A stretch of DNA of 64,000 nt from Candidatus Latescibacterota bacterium (GCA_965116875.1 OZ220733.1:800001-864000), one strand, 5' to 3'; numbered from the stretch's first letter, positions 1-11,009 are shown. Program-made: numbers and translations. The notes: generated from the sequence alone by a model not told the origin.

Positions 1-255
1 GTCGCCGTCGAAGTCTGGCGACGGTGCGGTGTTATGCGAAATCTGTCCTTCCAACAAAAGCTTCGACGCGACACTGGTTGTGTCCTTCGGAGGAACCACG
101 ATCGTCGAGGCTTCGCCACTGGTCACGCTACCCCATGCGTCGCCGGCATCGAGCCCTAGAATCCTCTCGGCGTTAGCAATGGGGCCGGCGAAACCAGGAG
201 CTGCAACAGCATATACCGCTGTGGCAGCTATCATCAAGGGCATTATAAGAGTCAT
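1..255 (-). CDS. Secreted protein, 5' part only (runs off the window); signal peptide followed by the start of a dockerin/EF-hand-like motif
   Basis: Manual translation from ATG 255: MTLIMPLMIAATAVYAVAAPGFAG...HNTAPSPDFDGD, open to position 1; GGAG upstream; hydrophobic N-terminus. Absent from the ORF track because it lacks a stop. Confidence 0.65.
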   Translation of the reverse strand, partial: MTLIMPLMIAATAVYAVAAPGFAGPIANAERILGLDAGDAWGSVTSGEASTIVVPPKDTTSVASKLLLEGQISHNTAPSPDFDGD

Positions 256-1210
256 TGGCGACTCACTCCGCATCAATGGCCAATCCGTTTAAAGACACTG
301 GGAGCATAGGCACGCGGGCGAATGAGGCGCTCGGATCGCGGTCGGTACCTGACCGCAGCCAGCAGCGGTGAAATGACGCCTGGCAGCCTTGAGAGAAAGA
401 CAGCAGTGCCCCTCTCGAATACGTTCAACTGCACACAAATCCGCAGCAGGAGGAATGTCGCCGATATGAGAAGGAAGGGACGACCTGGAGCTGCCTAAAG
501 GCTGGCCGGGCAATTCGGTCGCACCGGCGCTTCGACAAGGGAAGGAAAGCGGGAGGGGAAGATCTGTTTTGAGACGCTCTGCGCGATTCTCGTGGGCAGC
601 GTGTCGCGATCGCCGAAACCATACGGGCTCCGGGACAATGGCCGTTTCGACCGGCCACACACCCAGTTGTTCGAGTACCATGTCCATTCCCTCCCTTTCA
701 CCTACGACAGCTCGATCCAGAACCCAGGACTTTGCGTCAGTCACGGTTACTGCCTGCCCAGGTGTGCCCGGACTGAGAGCAAGTTGGAAAGGAAATGCCG
801 AATCCATCTGCCGACTACGGTTTCGGCCACGTTTCGAGATGAAGTTATCGCGGCAAATGCCGCGCGAGACCATTCAGTCAAGAAACAAAGTGTTATCGAC
901 CTGGTACCCTGGCTCCTTTCTATAGAGATCCTTCAGGGGAATCGTACCATAGTGGACCTGAAACTGCCCCGCGCGAACGCCAATGCGCCATTGGATCTGA
1001 AAATTCGCATTTTGGCTTGTTGCCGAACCTTCAGGTTGGTCACGTAGCGAATTCGGAGAAAGTGACCGCCGCAAGAGGACTTACCCGATCAATTGTGTGA
1101 AACAGCCGTGAGGTCGAGGCCGGGCTAAATCCTGACTCATACGTATACACGTTGCAGATCTTCTGAAAATAACTTTTGAATCTGAACTGAAGTCAAGATC
1201 TAGGGTTTGT

Positions 1211-1918
1211 TCAAACGTCCCGGACTTGTCGCAGTTTCCAATTTCTGCGGTATTTGGTCGGGCTGTCGCCGTATTTCTCTTTAAACACCTTGCTGAACGT
1301 CGACAGAGATCCGAAGCCGCAGAGATAGGCGATTTCCGAAATGGAAGCCGTGGTTTTCTTGAGTGCTTCTTCGGCCTTGGCCAAACGGACATTCCTCAGA
1401 CTCTTGCTGAACGATTCTCCGAGATGCAACCTGAATAGGGCGTATCCGTAGGACTTGGAGAACCTGAAATAACGGACGACGTCTTCGAATTTCAGGTTGG
1501 GATTGCTGTGGTTGTCTTCGAGAAACGACTCCAGCCGGCTCTTCCACAGATCCTGCAAGGGCATATATTTCCTGATGTTCGCCAGGAATGCATCTTTATC
1601 GATCGGCTTGTCAAATACGCTCATTGTGAACGGCTTGTGCACTTCCTTGTCTGGCTCAAGGGTTCCCAGGCTTGTCACGAGCAGCACCGACGTCTGGGTC
1701 TCCTCGGCCTTCACGCCCTCCAGAAACGTAATCCCGTCCTGGTCCTCCACGCATACTTCGACCACGGCTAGGTCGATCTTTTCTCTCCTCAGTAATTCAA
1801 GGCCCTTCGGTCCGTTTTCCGCGGTGACGATTTCATAGGGTTCTTCTTTCAGGTATCCTGCAAGCTCCGACGTTACGTCCGGGTCTCGGTCCACGATCAA
1901 GATTTTCCGCTTTTCCAT
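1211..1918 (-). CDS. Response regulator: atypical receiver plus AraC-type HTH
   Basis: N-terminal receiver fold (KILIVD...AENG..GL...IDLAVVE...DG...KP); C-terminal AraC signature SISEIAYLCGFGSLSTFSKVFKEKYGDSPTKYR. Confidence 0.9.
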   Translation of the reverse strand: MEKRKILIVDRDPDVTSELAGYLKEEPYEIVTAENGPKGLELLRREKIDLAVVEVCVEDQDGITFLEGVKAEETQTSVLLVTSLGTLEPDKEVHKPFTMSVFDKPIDKDAFLANIRKYMPLQDLWKSRLESFLEDNHSNPNLKFEDVVRYFRFSKSYGYALFRLHLGESFSKSLRNVRLAKAEEALKKTTASISEIAYLCGFGSLSTFSKVFKEKYGDSPTKYRRNWKLRQVRDV

Positions 1919-2094
1919 TGCGTTGGATCCCCCTCCACAATCAGAGTTGCCAGACTTCAGGCCATTCGAATCACCCGCGCAATGGCCCTGGGGAATCTCC
2001 GGATTATGGCGCTCCGGAGCGGTCCAATGCGGCGCACACTAAGAATATCAGCGTCGGAAATACGTTGTCAAGAACGCAAGTTTGTTCTGGAGTA

Positions 2095-2793
2095 CTAAAT
2101 TTGTCCCAGTTTCCAATTTCTGCGATACGTGGTTGGATTCAGGCCGATTTTTGCCTTGAAGACCTTGCTGAACGTGGAGAGTGAAGCAAAGCCGCACTGG
2201 TATGCGATCTCCGAAATGGAAGCTGTGGAATTCTTCAGCGCCTGCTCTGATTTCGCCAGACGGATTCGCCGGAGCCGGACGCTGAACGATTCTCCCAGAT
2301 GCTGCCTGAACATCCGATAACCGTAGCTCCGGGAGAACCTGAAATGACGCTCCACGTCCTCGAATTTCAACTCCGGATTGCTGTAATTGCGTTCCAGAAA
2401 CGAATCCACGCGGTGCTCCCACGTATCCTGCGTGGGCAGACAATTGCTTATACTGGCCAGGAACGAATCCTTCTCCATTGGCCTATCCAATAGACTCACG
2501 GCGTAGGCCCCGTTCGATTGCCTCGATGACTCCAACTTTCCAAACCTCGTCACGAGCAACATTACCGTACCGATTTCCTCGGCCCGCACCCCGTTCAAGA
2601 GTGTCGTGCCCGCCAGGTCCGGCACACACGCCTCGACGACGGCAAGGTCGATCTTCTGGTTTCTGACGATTTCAAGGCCTTCCTGTCCGTTTTCGGCGGT
2701 CACGATCTCATAGGGTTCTTCCTTGAGGAAACCCGCGAGTGTCGAGGTTTTCACCGACTCACGACCGACGATCAATATGCTCCGCTTTTTCAT
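2095..2793 (-). CDS. Response regulator: atypical receiver plus AraC-type HTH (paralog of the neighbour)
   Basis: Start set at MKKRSILIV (ATG 2793, AGGGAG RBS); SISEIAYQCGFASLSTFSKVFK...PTTYRR; collinear with 1211-1918. Confidence 0.9.
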   Translation of the reverse strand: MKKRSILIVGRESVKTSTLAGFLKEEPYEIVTAENGQEGLEIVRNQKIDLAVVEACVPDLAGTTLLNGVRAEEIGTVMLLVTRFGKLESSRQSNGAYAVSLLDRPMEKDSFLASISNCLPTQDTWEHRVDSFLERNYSNPELKFEDVERHFRFSRSYGYRMFRQHLGESFSVRLRRIRLAKSEQALKNSTASISEIAYQCGFASLSTFSKVFKAKIGLNPTTYRRNWKLGQI

Positions 2794-3519
2794 GTGTTCA
2801 CTCCCTGGTAGAAATACGGGTTGCCTGTATCCACGGCGCACAGACGCGCCGGGCACGCACAGTTCGACGTCTCCGGAATACGGCGGTCTACAGCCGGCCG
2901 TTACATCGCACGTTCAGATCGCGCGCGCCGAAAACGGGAATGAATACAGGTATGGAGGAAGTTGAATCGGGAGAGGATGGAGCCTGATCGCCTGCGGAAC
3001 TACCGGGAGAGGGTGCGAACCGGCTGATCTGCGAGTGAAGCGACCGCGAGGAAATGGAAAATACCGGGCCCGGCACACTGGCGGTGCTGAGCGTGAAGGC
3101 GGGAAATCTGGGAGAAAATGCCATAGTCAATTTCGCGAACGGTTCAGTAAATTGGTGTAATTGCTGGTGTCGTGCCGTTTGCGAGGATTCATCTCGAAAA
3201 CCCGTCGACTCAGCATCCAATTTACACAATTATATGTTTTTACAACACTTAAAAACAGTTCGCGCTATTGATCCCGGCGATCTCCTCACGATTGATTACA
3301 AAATGCGTTGGTCTGAATAACGGGCTGAAGGAATCCGGGACGAGCTACGCCACTCAACCCCGGACAACCGTGATTTCCGTCAACTGTAGGGCTTCACACG
3401 CCCTTGTCCCGCATGAAGTTCCAAAAAAAAATGCATCGGATGATAAGTATATAAATAACCGAAACTTATAATTTCATATCTTTTTCGCAACGATCATAAA
3501 CCCTTCCTTGCGATCCGAT

Positions 3520-6500
3520 TCATCGGTATACGATCAACCGCTCTTTCTCGCGCACCCGTTTCCGGCCGTCGTCTGCGGTTACCGTGTAGAGGTATACGCC
3601 GTTGGCCAGCAGGTGACCGTCCGCGTCCCGCCCGTCCCATCGAACCTGATTATACCCCGCCCGCCCCGGAGCGCCATCCAGAATTCGGATCAGTCTTCCG
3701 GAAACGGTAAAAATGCGGATCACCACCTCCGCCGGCCGGGACAGAATGTACGTGAATTCCGTCGCCTCGGCGGTCGGGTTCGGGACGTTCAGCACCCTCT
3801 CGATGGCCAGGTCCGACGATACCTGAAATGCAATGGACTTCTCCGCGGGGCCGTTCCCCAGCCGGTCTGTCCCGGAAACCGAAAGCGTGTAGCGGCCGTC
3901 ATCCAACCGCGGTGACCAGGTGAATTCCAGAGACGTCCCGTCTTCTTTCCGATCCGACACCCGGTCCGACCTGAGCACATCCGAGATTTCATCCTCGGGT
4001 CCCACAAGCACAATCCGCACCGATCCGGCGTCTATGCCGCTCGAGTCCCGGAACACGGCGGAGAACTTCGGCGTCGACGGGAGAAAGTCATCCGGCCTGA
4101 CCTCCCCCGCGGCATCCAGCGCGACCAGGACCAGTGCGGGCCCCGTCCGATCGTCGCTGGGACGGACCTCGACGGTTTCGTCCGCCGTGGTCTCTCTTAC
4201 GTAATGGCTGCGGCGACCCGAGAGGTCCTCGAGCCGGGCCGTTACGACGTTCGTACCTGCAAATCTCGCGGTATTCCAGACGAGGGATACGGACGTTGTT
4301 TCACCTGCGGGCGTTTCTTCGGGAACCGACGCGCGTCCGATCAGCCGTCCGGTTTCGGACGCACCGCTGTAAAAGGCGACAACCGCGCCCGGAACCCGAT
4401 CCAGGGGACCCATGTTCCGGGCCTGGACCGTCAACCGCACGGGATCCAGTTCATCAACTTCGAGGGGCGCAGCGTTCAGCCCGGACAGCGCGAGATCGGA
4501 CTGCGGCCGGTAACGGACCTGCCATCCCGTCAATCCGGCGGACGGTCCCAGTTCCTCTCCGAACAACCGGACACGAACCAGGATTCGGTCTTCCTTCAGG
4601 TCGCCAAGGTGAATCTCTTCGCCTGCGTCCAGGCCCGCCCAGTCGGCCAGCGGCGCGAATCCGCCCGACGGAGACGCGCCGAGCAGTTCCACTTCCGCCC
4701 GCCCGCCCGGGGCATCCCGGACGTCGAGCGTCAGTGCGTGCCATGCCCCGGCCGGACCGATCGGCTCCGACGTCAGCGTCCCGTACGGGGGCAGCGTCTT
4801 CCCCGCGTACCGGTAGATCATCGGACCATTGAGCTGGCCCATCCACACCTTGTTGTTGATCCAGTCGTACTGCCCGGTCAGAATATCGGTCTCGGCCTGA
4901 TCGCTTTCATATTCCTCGATGAATTCCCCGTTCCGGGCGTCAACCACCCGCACCCGATGGGTCAGCCCGGTACCGAATTCTATCAGATACAAATACCTAC
5001 CGTCCGCAATCACGCCGTCTGTCACCAGGTACGCAAACCCGGTCTCTGTCGGCCCCACGGTGAATTCCCGTTCCAGCCGCCAGCCATTCGACGGATCGAA
5101 CACACGCACCGACCAGCCCGCGCGCTGGACACCGTCCACGGCCGCCGCGAGATTGTAGATATATGCGCCGTCCGACGTGATCAGCGAGTGCCCGTCAAAC
5201 ACCAGCCCGGTCCGGAACTCCATCAGCCCCTCCGGCACCTGCACGCGGTCCACAACCCCCGTTGACGGCGCAATACGCGCCAGTTCGCGATCCCGCCTGT
5301 TGTCGGCATAGATAAATCCGTCGCTATGATAGGATGCGGAAACCCCGAGAACGGGCTTCTCCGCAAGGACGCCGTGATTCTGTCCGGCCCGCGTGCCCCG
5401 AAATCCGGTACCAATCCGCTCGAATATATCCGTCCCCGGATAGACTGCCGTAGGTGAATAGAACCGGTTCACGTAAAGGTAAGCGCCGTCGGTACACAAC
5501 ACGCCCGTGCCGCGGACGCCCTCCGCGGCGAACGCCTCTTCCCTCGTGTCCGCGTTCAATCTCAGGGGCGGCGGATCGACCACCCGGGAAACCGCGCCCT
5601 CAGCCAGCCGAACGTCTCTTCCGTCTGCCCACCGGAAAGCGCCGGAGGCGTCCTGTTGCCACAGGACCTCGCGCGCGGGCGCGGCGGACTGCACGGTGAA
5701 CTCCATGATGGCGGACCATGCGCCGAATTCGTCACCCTCTCTCACCCGGGCCCGCCAGTAGTAGGTTCCGGGAGCGGGCTCCGGCATTTTCCACAACACG
5801 AACCCCTCTCGGCCCCCGACGTTTCCGGAACGAATCACGCCCGGCCCGTCGAACGCAGGCAGGCCACTCACCTCGAACTCTCCGTAAACCTCCCCGGCGG
5901 CGGTACCGGCGCGGACGGCCAAACGCACCGCGGAAGCGGGTACGACCTGGCTCTGCCCTGGCATCGTGGGCACGGCAGACAGCGTCCCGGATACCTCCAG
6001 CTCAACCTCCGCCTGGTTGTTGGCTTCATCCAACTCCGGAATCTCATCGTCAGGATCCACCGTAAGCGTTAGCAGATGCCTCCCCGCGCGGCCGGCCAAC
6101 GGCCACAGCACCGCTGTACTGTCCCGGTGGCCGAAGGCGGGGAAAACGCCCGAAAACAGCGTATCCGCCACTCCCCGGTCCAGATTGCGGTCCACCAGAA
6201 CAGCAGCGGGACCCTTGCGAGGGGTGATCCCGGCGTTTTCTATCCGGAACGCGATCCGGACCGAGTCTTCCACGGTCAACCGGGTCGTCCGCTCGACCCG
6301 CAGGCTCCCGGAATCCAGTGCGAAGTCGGGATTCGGCAATATGGCAAGCTCCTGTGCCGGGTCTCCAATCAACTGCATGCCAAGGGTAAGCGTTTTCAGC
6401 TCAGGGAAACGCGTGTCCAGCGCAGCCTTCGCAATTCCCAGACCGGCGCCGAATTCGCGGACGCCGTCTCTGAAGAACGCGCCAAACAGACGGTCGTTCA

Positions 6501-9288
6501 GGAAGTCGTTGGTGATCACGGCCGCGAGTGCGGAAGCCGAGATATACGCGATCGAGCCTCCGTCCGCCTTTGCAGTCATTTCCTCCGCCAGGCACGTGAA
6601 TCTCGGATCCGAGAATTGTCCGTTCAGGCAGGACAGCGCAACCACGATCGGCAATCGGTCCGCATTGACGATCTGGCGCATATAGTTATAGCTTTCTCTC
6701 TGCGAACTTCCTCTCAGGAACCGCGCCATTCCCGATACGCTTCCGTGCCCCAGGAAATTCACCAGCAGCCGACCCTCGTTGATCTGGCGGATGACTTCGC
6801 CCGTGTCCTCGTTGGGTTCAGGTCCGATGTCCTCGCCGTTGTAGACTTTGAAGGACTCCAACCCCAGCGGCTCGGTGTAACTCGTCGACAGCCGGTCGCT
6901 GGGGGAAGTGAAGATTGACAATGGATCGTAGTTGGCCATAAACAGCGCCCGGTCCCGCCACCGGTCGTGCGGCGCCTGGTCGTAGGCGACGATTTTGCGG
7001 ACCAGGGCCGCCGCCGCCCTTCGGGTAGCCACCGGTAGCCGGCCCACGAACACATCCTGGAACAGATCGTCTTCAGGACCCGCAACGGCGCCGAAGAAGT
7101 GGTCCGTGTACGTCAGCCCCCTTCTTACGGACTGGAAGGGAAGCGAGGGAACAACGGACCTGTCCACGTGACGCTTCACAACGGATGCGTCAAAGTTGCG
7201 CCGGTAGTCGAAACTGTCCGGACCGAATAACAGGAGGTAGGTGGGTCGCCGCGTCCAGTTTTCGAAGGCGTGTCGCACGAATCGGCGGATTGCCCGCGGC
7301 TCGAAATGCCCGAAAGAAAATGCGTCGTAAATGTCCGTAACGTCCACGACCTGAGCCTGCAGCCCCCGCCCACGCCGGTGATCCGCCAGCCGCCCTGCCG
7401 CCTCGAGAAACCGGGGATGGGCGACAATTACGTAGTCGGCGCCCTCCTGCCCGAACGCCGGCACCCTGGCGGCTTCCCCGGCCGGCGCCCTTGCGATGGC
7501 TTCTGAATCCATCGCGACAAATCGTCCGGATACGGCCGGCAGTTCGAATCGGGCGTGAAATCCCGCATCCCCCCGCGTCACCTCGATTTGCCGTATCCTT
7601 CGCGCCGCGGCGACGTCGTAGACGGTCACGTCGGCGTCACGAAAACCCGAGATCGAGAAGGTGCGGCCATCGTCGGTCTCATCCGGCGCGAACTCCAGCT
7701 TGCCGTCTACGCATTCAAAACGCCGGGAATATGCGACCTCCACCCAGTTGAGGTACACGTGTTCGATATAGTCGGCCGGAAAATCCGCGGCTCCCGGCGT
7801 CGCGAGCGTCACCCGGGTCGTTTCGTCGAGCTCCGACACCGGTACCGCACCCTCGGCAACAAACCTTCGTTTCCCGTCCCACCGGTCGTCAGCCACAACC
7901 GTGCCGCCGGCAAGCCGCACGACCGTACGATGATCGGGATCGAAACGTCGCCTGAAGGTCAGTCCGTGCATCCCCACGCGAACGCGGGCCGTCGTTCCCG
8001 GAGTGCGGTCCAACCCCGGCAATGCGACGGGAACGGTCACGGGGTACTCGCCGATGTTCTGAAGACCCGTACCCGGCCTGCCCGGCGAGCCCGTCCGTCC
8101 CCAGTACCAGTGGTCGCGATTCGCGTCCGGAGCGTCTCCGAGCGGATCGTAGAGCGAGTCGACCTCGGCGTGGACCCTGTGCGTAAACAGGGCAACCGGC
8201 GGATATCCGCTCCCGGGAGAACCGTCCACCTCCTCAAAACGCATGCCGGGTCTGCCTTCAAGCGTGAGCCAGTAGACCTGTTCCCGTCCCAGTTCATGCT
8301 CGAAATTCCGGTCCGGCGTGCGTCGGTATTCGCCATAGAAGATCGCGCCCTCGCCCTCGCCAGTCACACCGTCTCCATCGTCCCGCACGTCGACAGGCAC
8401 CTCCTGACCGTTCAGATAGATCTTCAGGCGCGCCAAATCCCCCGTCTGAAGAGCGATGCCCGCATCCGAAAACCACGTCGCGTCCAGCCGATACAGCCCG
8501 TCATCCCGTATCCGAATCTTGTAGTAGTCGGCCGCCGGATCCAGGTTTTCCGAAATCCGCGGCTTCCTGAGCCCTTCGCCCGGTTCGGCCCGGCCCCTCC
8601 AGGGCCGTGCCTGATCCGCGTTCAACAATGACGTTTCGTAGAGTCTCTCAAACCCGCCGCCAACGCCTTCATCCGAAGGCGAAACACCGATGGAGCGCTC
8701 ATCACGCAGGAACCGTACGTACACCCGGAGCTTGCGGGCGACGAGAAGCTGCTGCCGCGCCGGATTGTACTGGATGGGCCTCAACGAAATTCCGGCGACG
8801 CGCTGGTCCCGCATGACGCCAATGCGGGTCACCACCGCCTGTTGTTCGGGATAAAGGACGTCGGTGGCGTAAAAACCCGCATCCGGCTCGTAGACCTCAT
8901 CCTCGGTCCCGAACGCCCCCCGGCCCGTCGACCCGGGCTGCGGCGCAGGCAAAAGCAGCACCCCCGAAATCTCGTCGTACTCCGCTTCTACAACCGAAAC
9001 CGCAACCCTCGCACCGAAGGGCACACCCAGCAGCGTCCCGCGTACAGGCACCGCCGGACGCCCGGGTTCGGGCAAAATCATTCCCCCCGGCAACTGAACC
9101 TGTGTGTAGGAGACACCTTCAAGCTGTACGGGTTGAAGCTGAACGTCCAATCCGTCCACCTCGATCTCGACTCCGTCCGCGCCCGTTCGCACCAGCCGCG
9201 GCTCACCTCCATAGGCATTGGGTGTCCAATCAGGAATCAGGAGCGCCACAGGGCAGAACACACAAACTAGCAGGAAACGCGTCACCAT
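3520..9288 (-). CDS. Large C25 (gingipain/PorU-like) cysteine peptidase with propeptide, CARDB/Ig repeats and FlgD/T9SS-like C-terminal domain
   Basis: Signal peptide MVTRFLLVCVFC; propeptide PGRPAVP; ADYVIVAH, DIYDAFSFG, DVFVGRLP; catalytic His (NFLGHG) and Cys (ALSCLNG); LIGDP; CARDB DPDDEIPELDEANN; terminal NVPNP...IFTVSGRLIR...WDGRD...GVYLY. Confidence 0.9.
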   Translation of the reverse strand: MVTRFLLVCVFCPVALLIPDWTPNAYGGEPRLVRTGADGVEIEVDGLDVQLQPVQLEGVSYTQVQLPGGMILPEPGRPAVPVRGTLLGVPFGARVAVSVVEAEYDEISGVLLLPAPQPGSTGRGAFGTEDEVYEPDAGFYATDVLYPEQQAVVTRIGVMRDQRVAGISLRPIQYNPARQQLLVARKLRVYVRFLRDERSIGVSPSDEGVGGGFERLYETSLLNADQARPWRGRAEPGEGLRKPRISENLDPAADYYKIRIRDDGLYRLDATWFSDAGIALQTGDLARLKIYLNGQEVPVDVRDDGDGVTGEGEGAIFYGEYRRTPDRNFEHELGREQVYWLTLEGRPGMRFEEVDGSPGSGYPPVALFTHRVHAEVDSLYDPLGDAPDANRDHWYWGRTGSPGRPGTGLQNIGEYPVTVPVALPGLDRTPGTTARVRVGMHGLTFRRRFDPDHRTVVRLAGGTVVADDRWDGKRRFVAEGAVPVSELDETTRVTLATPGAADFPADYIEHVYLNWVEVAYSRRFECVDGKLEFAPDETDDGRTFSISGFRDADVTVYDVAAARRIRQIEVTRGDAGFHARFELPAVSGRFVAMDSEAIARAPAGEAARVPAFGQEGADYVIVAHPRFLEAAGRLADHRRGRGLQAQVVDVTDIYDAFSFGHFEPRAIRRFVRHAFENWTRRPTYLLLFGPDSFDYRRNFDASVVKRHVDRSVVPSLPFQSVRRGLTYTDHFFGAVAGPEDDLFQDVFVGRLPVATRRAAAALVRKIVAYDQAPHDRWRDRALFMANYDPLSIFTSPSDRLSTSYTEPLGLESFKVYNGEDIGPEPNEDTGEVIRQINEGRLLVNFLGHGSVSGMARFLRGSSQRESYNYMRQIVNADRLPIVVALSCLNGQFSDPRFTCLAEEMTAKADGGSIAYISASALAAVITNDFLNDRLFGAFFRDGVREFGAGLGIAKAALDTRFPELKTLTLGMQLIGDPAQELAILPNPDFALDSGSLRVERTTRLTVEDSVRIAFRIENAGITPRKGPAAVLVDRNLDRGVADTLFSGVFPAFGHRDSTAVLWPLAGRAGRHLLTLTVDPDDEIPELDEANNQAEVELEVSGTLSAVPTMPGQSQVVPASAVRLAVRAGTAAGEVYGEFEVSGLPAFDGPGVIRSGNVGGREGFVLWKMPEPAPGTYYWRARVREGDEFGAWSAIMEFTVQSAAPAREVLWQQDASGAFRWADGRDVRLAEGAVSRVVDPPPLRLNADTREEAFAAEGVRGTGVLCTDGAYLYVNRFYSPTAVYPGTDIFERIGTGFRGTRAGQNHGVLAEKPVLGVSASYHSDGFIYADNRRDRELARIAPSTGVVDRVQVPEGLMEFRTGLVFDGHSLITSDGAYIYNLAAAVDGVQRAGWSVRVFDPSNGWRLEREFTVGPTETGFAYLVTDGVIADGRYLYLIEFGTGLTHRVRVVDARNGEFIEEYESDQAETDILTGQYDWINNKVWMGQLNGPMIYRYAGKTLPPYGTLTSEPIGPAGAWHALTLDVRDAPGGRAEVELLGASPSGGFAPLADWAGLDAGEEIHLGDLKEDRILVRVRLFGEELGPSAGLTGWQVRYRPQSDLALSGLNAAPLEVDELDPVRLTVQARNMGPLDRVPGAVVAFYSGASETGRLIGRASVPEETPAGETTSVSLVWNTARFAGTNVVTARLEDLSGRRSHYVRETTADETVEVRPSDDRTGPALVLVALDAAGEVRPDDFLPSTPKFSAVFRDSSGIDAGSVRIVLVGPEDEISDVLRSDRVSDRKEDGTSLEFTWSPRLDDGRYTLSVSGTDRLGNGPAEKSIAFQVSSDLAIERVLNVPNPTAEATEFTYILSRPAEVVIRIFTVSGRLIRILDGAPGRAGYNQVRWDGRDADGHLLANGVYLYTVTADDGRKRVREKERLIVYR

Positions 9289-9293
9289 ATTTT

Positions 9294-11009
9294 TTACCTT
9301 GTTTCGATTCGAAGCTGCAATCCGCCGATCCCTCCGCGGTCGAAGATCACCACGCGGTCGCGTCGGCCCGTTTCGAGTACAAACTCGGCCTGTCCGGGGC
9401 CATGATACCGGGATTCGCCCCACGGCTTCCTGATTACCGTGGGGCGCAGCCTGCCGTCTGCCCCGTATAGCGATCCGGCGTCCGCCTGCCCGTGCGCCGA
9501 GAAATAACCGCCGTTCCTGACGTCGATTCTCCAGTGTTTTGGACCCATCCGCGTGACCCCGGTCTCAAAGCCGCGTGGATCCGTAAGCCAGCAATGGTTC
9601 ACGGCAACCACGGGCGTTTCGACACCCGTGCGGACCACCAGCGCCTGGCTCAATCCAAATGCGTACAATGGTATTTCGCCGAGGCTGCCCGGCGGACTCA
9701 ATGCGGAAGGCACGTTGAGTACATAGAGTGTTCCTCTGTCTTCTTTCGTGAGCGGCGTCAGCGTATCCAGGACGTTCTCGCTCAGGACGGAAGCTTCCCG
9801 CCAGAACCATCCCTCGCGCGCAAGCACCAGGCCATAGTAACCCACCAACGCCGCCAGAAGCAGGTTCCTGCATCGCAGAACAGCCCTTCGGTCCGGCTTC
9901 CACGCAGCCCAGACATTTGCAACCGCAATGCAGAAGAACACGGAAGGCAGGTAGAGATACCACCGGTGAACCCGTCCCAGAACGGGCGCCAGACTGACCA
10001 GGGTCATCCCGCCAAGGTACAGCGTGTCCCGAAGCACCCGGCGCGGCCGGCCGGACAACCAGAACACGACGGCGGTCGCCGCCAGCAGAACAATACCGAA
10101 AAGCCGGAAATCCGCCATCCCCATTTTCGCACCGGACTTGAGCACGTCCATGCCGAGGCCGGACAGCGTCAGGTTCCGGTCCGGAATCCCGGAGAGTATC
10201 CCGCCCAGAACGATCCAACGCGCGCACAGGTAGATGCCCATGGCCAGGCCACAGCACAATAGCGCCCTGCGCGCTGTCGCGGATCGGACCGTCCTGACTT
10301 GACAGAACAGGACCAACATGACGGCCGGCAGGGTCAGCGCCATTTCCTTCGAAAAGAAGGCCAGCAGGGAACACAGGCCCCCACCCGCGAGCAGTCCGGG
10401 AGACGGGCGTTCCATGTAGGCCAGGAACAGGAGAAGCGCAGAGAGATAGAACAGCGCACAGACGGAGTCCGTGCGGCCCACGATCCAGAATACGGTATCG
10501 ACGTGGACGGGCAACACAAGGAAGAGGAAGAGCGCCGTCCAGGCGGCCAATGCCCCATTCGTCAGGCGCCGTGCCACCAGATAGACCAGTATCCCGCAAA
10601 AACAATGGATCAGTACATTGACAACGTGATACGGGAGCGGATCGTATTCCGCCAGCAGAAAGGTGCCGTAGAGCGTCATGGCGACAACCGGACGATAGTA
10701 TCCGCCGGCCCCCGTGAGCCCTGTCCAGCCCGTGGTGAGAATCGATCGTATTCCCTTTTCGCACAGACGGAGGTGCCCCCAATCGTCGTCCAGCAGCGAC
10801 ACGCCGGAAGACAGCCACGCAATCAGGACGACGGCCAACCCGAACGCCAGAACGCCCGCGCAGGTCCAGCCGGAGGAACCGAGCTCCCTCAAGGAGACAC
10901 CCAAAATAAAAAAACCGGCGTACACCCAGCCCCGTCCATGCCGACAGTCGGCCCTGGACGGTCTAACGCCAGTTGACGAAATTTCATATGTCGGATCGCG
11001 ACCGTGCAC
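9294..11009 (-). CDS. GT-C fold polytopic membrane glycosyltransferase (GT39/ArnT/PMT-like); true start probably downstream of 11009
   Basis: Acidic DDDW after the first TM, YYRP, YHVVNVLIH, W..GRTD, FSKE motifs; many TM helices. Confidence 0.75.
   Translation of the reverse strand: MHGRDPTYEISSTGVRPSRADCRHGRGWVYAGFFILGVSLRELGSSGWTCAGVLAFGLAVVLIAWLSSGVSLLDDDWGHLRLCEKGIRSILTTGWTGLTGAGGYYRPVVAMTLYGTFLLAEYDPLPYHVVNVLIHCFCGILVYLVARRLTNGALAAWTALFLFLVLPVHVDTVFWIVGRTDSVCALFYLSALLLFLAYMERPSPGLLAGGGLCSLLAFFSKEMALTLPAVMLVLFCQVRTVRSATARRALLCCGLAMGIYLCARWIVLGGILSGIPDRNLTLSGLGMDVLKSGAKMGMADFRLFGIVLLAATAVVFWLSGRPRRVLRDTLYLGGMTLVSLAPVLGRVHRWYLYLPSVFFCIAVANVWAAWKPDRRAVLRCRNLLLAALVGYYGLVLAREGWFWREASVLSENVLDTLTPLTKEDRGTLYVLNVPSALSPPGSLGEIPLYAFGLSQALVVRTGVETPVVAVNHCWLTDPRGFETGVTRMGPKHWRIDVRNGGYFSAHGQADAGSLYGADGRLRPTVIRKPWGESRYHGPGQAEFVLETGRRDRVVIFDRGGIGGLQLRIETR

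Noticed and set aside
289-1074. In-frame ORFs 874-1074 and 289-873 separated by a single TGA (possible readthrough or selenoprotein); also 592-1047 (+)
   Set aside because: No recognisable domain, RBS or SECIS-like support; cannot be told apart from non-coding or decayed DNA.
2860-3519. AT-rich gap with short ORFs and IHF-like words; possible ncRNA or island border
   Set aside because: No recognisable RNA family, att repeat or convincing protein; treated as a regulatory or intergenic region.
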